DNA of 52,433 nucleotides, filler included, from Squatina squatina (taxonomy: Eukaryota), in NCBI GenBank assembly GCA_031763465.1. It is 3 parts of 3 records of this genome, joined end to end, with 100 filler letters (N's around TTAATTAATTAA, not from the genome) between each part and the next. Parts side by side here need not be neighbours in the genome. Positions count along the whole stretch, not along the records: positions 39,065 to 52,433 come from JARFOE010875429.1; 2 more parts are not named here. One strand, 5' to 3'. Within the stretch, counting starts at the first letter, position 1, and the number at the start of each line of letters is the position of its first letter. A model generated the notes under the pieces. It saw nothing but the letters and a program-made list of their open reading frames with translations. It had not been told where the DNA came from and made no database searches. Positions 47,822-52,433 of this stretch are shown in pieces. The position numbers were made by a program, and so were the translations under genes.

Positions 47822-50800
47822 CTGGAGATGGAGCAGCGACTGTCATCACTGTAGTGAGCACAGGCAAAACGGTCAATGGGCGACCACTGGACATTCATCG
47901 AGGACCAGGCAGGTATTGAAGGAGTCCCCTGAGTAAATCTCGCTCACTAATCCGTGTTGTGCTCCTGATACTGATGAGGGCGATGATTCCTCAGGAGAAG
48001 GCAGCCAGAGACAAGTCCGTGGTACAACGGGTGGCGAGGCTGCACAGGATGGAAGGAAGAAGAGCGAAAGAACATCAGTGGTAGGTGATACAATAATTAG
48101 GGGAGCAGACAGGCCAGAGACGTGACTCCAGCAGGCTACTGGGGTTAAGGATTTCACTGAGTGACTGCCGGGCTTTTTGAGGTGGCAGGGTGAACAACCA
48201 GACGTCCTGATCCATATCAGGACCAAAGTCATCGGTCGAAAAAGGGATGAGGTCCGACAACCTGACTTCAGAGATCTGGGAAAGATAATAAAAAGCAGGA
48301 GCTCAAAGACAGTAGTCTTATGATTAGTTTCCAGGAACTTGTGCGAATGATTACAGGGATAATAGGGTACTGCAAATGAACGCGTTTCTGCAGAGCTGAT
48401 GCAGGAGGGAGGGCATTACTTTCCTGATACATTGGGACCGTTTCTGTGTAAGGTGGTACCTGACCTGTAGAAGGTGGAGCGTTTACACCTCAGCAGGACC
48501 GGGACCAATATCATCGACGGGAAATTTGCTCGTGCTCTTGGGGAGCATACAAACTAGATTGGCAGGTGGATGGGAAACTGACAGGGGTGAGACGGGGAGA
48601 CAAAGAAAACTGGTAAGCGTAGGGAGGAATGTAGGAAGCGAAATTGGAAGGCAGCAGAAAGAAAATTAGTAAATACGGTCAATGTATGGAAGTTTTAAAA
48701 AGGCAAAATTAAAGCCACTCTGTCTGAATGCACGCAGTATTTGCAACGAAGTTGATGAATTGACAGCACAAGTAGAATAAATGGGTTTGATCGAATTGCC
48801 ATTGCGGAGAAGTGGCTGCAAGGTGCCCAAGGCTGGGAACTGAATATTCATGGATTTTTAATTTAGGAATGATAGGAAAAAAAATAAATTGAGATGGGTA
48901 GCACAGATAATCAAAGATGGGATCAGTTCAATAGAGTTAATGGGTCTGAGGTCGGGAGATTGAGACACAGAATCAGTTTGAGTTGAGCTGACAAACAGCA
49001 GGGGGCAGAAGCTACTGGTGGGATTTCACATCGGCCACCAAAAGGTAGTGTCAATAGAGGGCATGGTGTCCTTCAGGAAATTAGAGCTGCGTGTCACAAG
49101 GGGACATTTGAAAATGACGTCATTAATTTCGAAATTAGTGATGTAAATCTAAGCAAAGGAAACTATAAAAGTATGAGGAGCAAGAAGCTGTGGTACTTTG
49201 GGAAATTACATTAAAAGGTATAAAGGTACAGTGGCGAGCATTCAAAGATTAATAAGGTTTACGAGAAATGTGCAATCCTGTCGGGCACAAAACCCCAAGA
49301 GGAAAAGTGATGCAGTCGTGGCTAACAAGAGTAGTTAACGATAGTATTATATCGAAGGAGGAGGCTAATGTCATTGCCAAAAAAGCAGAAATCCTGGGAA
49401 TTGTGAGTCTTTTAGAATTCAGCAAAACAGGACCAAGAAACTGATAAAAAAAATAAGGAAAAATAGAATATGAGAATAAACTAGCGTTTAACATGAAAAC
49501 GGACTTAAAAAGCTTCTGTCGGCGGGAAAAAACAGGAAACCAAGATTAGTGAAGGCAAATGTGGGTCCCTTACAGGCTGAGGCAGGAATAATTATAATGT
49601 AGAATAAGGAAATTGCAGCGAAACTAAACAAATATGGTGTGACTTATTTCACGGAGGAAGATACAAAAACCTCCCAGAAATACTAGAGAACCAAAGGTCC
49701 AACGAGAAAGAAATTAGCATTAGTGAAAATATAGTACTGGAGAAATTAATTGAACTGAAATTCGATAATTCCCCAGGACCTGAGGAACGACGTCTGACGT
49801 TGTTGCATCAGAGATAGTGGATGCATCGATTGTTATCTTCCAAAATTCTATACATGCTTCAATGGTTCCTGTAGACTGGAAGGTAACAAATTTCACTGGA
49901 CGATTGCAGAAAGGAGGGAGAGAAAAAGCGGGGAACCTCAGACGTATTCGCCTCACCTCAGTAGTAAGGAAAACGCTAAAATCTGTTGTAAACAATGTGA
50001 TAACAGGACACAGATAATGGGATAGGATTGGGCAGAGTCAACATGGATTTATGAAAAAGAACTCATCTTTGACAAAGCTGCTGCTGTTTTTCCGGAAGTT
50101 AGTTTGCAGAATAGGTAATGGGGAACCAGTGGATGTGGTGTGTTTTGATTTTCAGAAGGCATTTGATAAGGTCCCACACAAGAGGTTAGTATTCCAAATT
50201 AGAGAACATGGTAATGTACGGAATATACTGGCATGGATTGAGAATTGCTCAATAGACAGAACACAGAGAGTAGAAATAAACAGGCTTTTTTTCAGGTTAC
50301 CATGCTGTGACTAGTGGGGTAAAGCAGGGATCAGTGCTTGGGCCCCAGCTATTCAATATCTATGACAATGATTTCGATGTAATAGGTGCTCATTTTCTGA
50401 TGACACAAAACTTGGTGGGAATGTGAATTGGGAGGAGGTTGCACAGAGGTTTCAAGGTGATTTGACAGGCTAACTCATTGAGCAAGAACCTGGCAGATGG
50501 AATATAATGTGGAAACATGTGAAGTTATCCAAAAACAAAAAGGCAGCTCATTTTTTAAAAGGCGAGAGATTGGGAGATGTTGATGTTAAAAGGATCTGGG
50601 TGTACTTGCACATGATTCAGTTAAAGCTAGCATGCAGGTACAATAAACAATTGTGAAGGCAAATGGTATGTTAACATTTATTTGAAGAGGATTTGAGTAC
50701 AGGAGCAGGGAAGTCTTAATACAATTTTATGGAGTGTTGGTTTGAACACACCTGGCGTATTACGTACAGTTTTTGTCTTCTTGCATAGAACGGGTGCACT

Positions 50801-51283
50801 TCCCATTGAGGGAGTGCAACGGAGGTTCACCAGACTGATTCCTGGGAATGCAGGATTGTCCTATTAAAAGAGATTAGTTAGACGAGGACTGTATGCTCTC
50901 GAGTTTGGAAGATTGAGTGGTAACATCATTTAAAAGGATACATTTTGTACAGTGTTCGATGCCGGGAGGAATGTTCCCCCTGGCTGGGCAGAAAAGATTC
51001 AGGGGTCACAATCTCAGAATAATGGTTAGGCCATTTCGCACTCAGATGAGGAGAAATGTATTCACTCGGAGGTTAATAAATCTTTGGAGGCACAGTCATT
51101 GAGTACATTCAAAAGCGAGATTGATAGATTTCCACGTAATAAAAGCATAAAGGGATACTGGGATAGTGCAGGGAAATGGTGTTGATGCAAAAGATCAGCC
51201 GTGATATTGTTGAATGGAGGAGCAGGCTGGAAGCGCCGAATGGCCTACTCCTGCTCCGATATCTTATGTTCTTATGTTTTTAT
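47822..51283 (+). mobile_element. Long decayed CR1 LINE (partial ORF1 esterase, ORF2 endonuclease and RT, 3' end)
   Basis: ORF1-like VVGDTIIRGADR near 48078, endonuclease CLNARSICNEVDEL at 48721, RT motifs VIFQNSIHASMVPVDWKVTN and DFQKAFDKVPHKRL, and a 3' tail ctcctgctcc...tcttatgttcttatg. Many stops, frameshifts and deletions. Confidence 0.92.
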
Positions 51284-52019
51284 ATTCTAGTGATATGCAG
51301 GAAAGGTAGGGAAGACGCAAAACTTTCGAACCCCGCATATCTGCAGGGCAGGAATACAGTTTAATCAACGAACCAACCAGCACGAGTAAACTTCTCCATA
51401 TTCATTTTGGGACAGGATCACCCCGTCCTACGCTGGGTTGAACATTTCTGATTATCGGGACTATAGTGGACAAATGGTTGGCAGTTCTTGCTCCGGATTT
51501 GGACGGTTCTAACTAATTATTGCCACTCCCCACTGTCCCACAAATGTTTGCTATTGAAGTATATATTAGTAATTGAGACCTGACCTGAGGTCACATGCTT
51601 GGGCCCATAAGGTAAATTGGGACATGAATTTTGAGGAGATTGATAAAAGATGAGAGGCAACATGGGGAGATCTGTTTGTTATGCAGCAGGTTGTTTTGAT
51701 CTGGAATGTACCACCTGAAAGTCCAGTGAAAGTAGACTCAATCCTTTATTGGTACTGGTTTATTTTCTAGATGCTGGGTCAGTTTATTGGTGCTGGTTAA
51801 TCTTATAGATGCCACAACACTTTATTACTGCAGAATAATTGTTCACCCTTTGGTGTCTGCAGATACATCCCACTCTACAACTCTCCAAATAATTATCCTG
51901 GAGCTTTGATAAATACATTCTGGGATGAGAGAGTTTCATTTGCACAACTGGTTGAAATACATGTTGTGCTACAAACTGTGTTGGTTAAAAGAGGTGAGCT
52001 GAGCCTGTTTGTTCAGTGA

Positions 52020-52395
52020 CTGTCAGTAATGTAAGTATCCATTCCATGACCTTAAGCATTCACTTCCTGCACCATTGGTGCACGGGGGCTGAAGTGAGGA
52101 CCATCTACAAGATGCACTACAGCCACTCGCCAAGTCTTCTTCGTCAGGACCTCACAAACCCACGGCCTCTCCTATGTGGAAGGACAAGGGCAACTGACAC
52201 ATGGGAACAGCACCTCCTCCAAGTTCCCCCCCAAGTCACACGCCATTCCTTCGTCGTCACTTGGTAAAACTCCTGGAACTCCCGACCTAACAGCACTGTG
52301 GGAGTTCCTTCACCACATGGGCAGCAGCGGTTCAAGGCGGCAGTTCATCACCACCTTCTCAAGGACAACTATGGATTGGGAATAAATGCTGTCCA
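52020..52395 (+). mobile_element. 3' end of a non-LTR retrotransposon (CR1/L2 group)
   Basis: Peptide IHFLHHWCTGAEVRTIYKMHYSHSPSLLRQDL. The tail cagcggttcaaggcggcag...caccaccttctcaagg...aataaatgctg also occurs on the minus strand at 6870-7008. Confidence 0.75.
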
Positions 52396-52433
52396 CTTCT
52401 CAGGAATGAGAAATACACCGATTATGACACTGT

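Overview
This is eukaryotic DNA, most likely from a cartilaginous fish (inferred from Deu-domain SINEs, CR1/L2/Penelope repeats and vertebrate gene orthologues). It comes from a heavily gapped draft assembly. Two artificial 44N-TTAATTAATTAA-44N spacers (22712-22811, 38965-39064) show that the window is three concatenated pieces with no evidence of real adjacency. Piece 1 (1-22711) is repeat-rich and contains one clear RACGAP1 coding exon, plus a decayed hAT transposon, a Harbinger-type MITE and a Penelope fragment. Piece 2 (22812-38964) holds exons of SHISAL1(+), PARVG(-), PARVB(-) and SAMM50(-), the same order as human 22q13.31, with many exons missing at the gaps. Piece 3 (39065-52433) is a ~7.3 kb degenerate tandem array of ~85-bp units, a 20-bp minisatellite and decayed CR1 LINEs. 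The most interesting observations are: (i) the 85-bp monomer aligns to the tRNA-like head of a dispersed SINE found elsewhere in the window; (ii) three Penelope-associated minimal hammerhead-ribozyme motifs; (iii) a Pol III-type head fused directly to a LINE endonuclease ORF; (iv) a GC donor in SAMM50. No novel protein-coding system can be supported. Most short ORFs in the track are repeat-derived or N-spanning noise. Gene and repeat identities are from recognition, not database searches.
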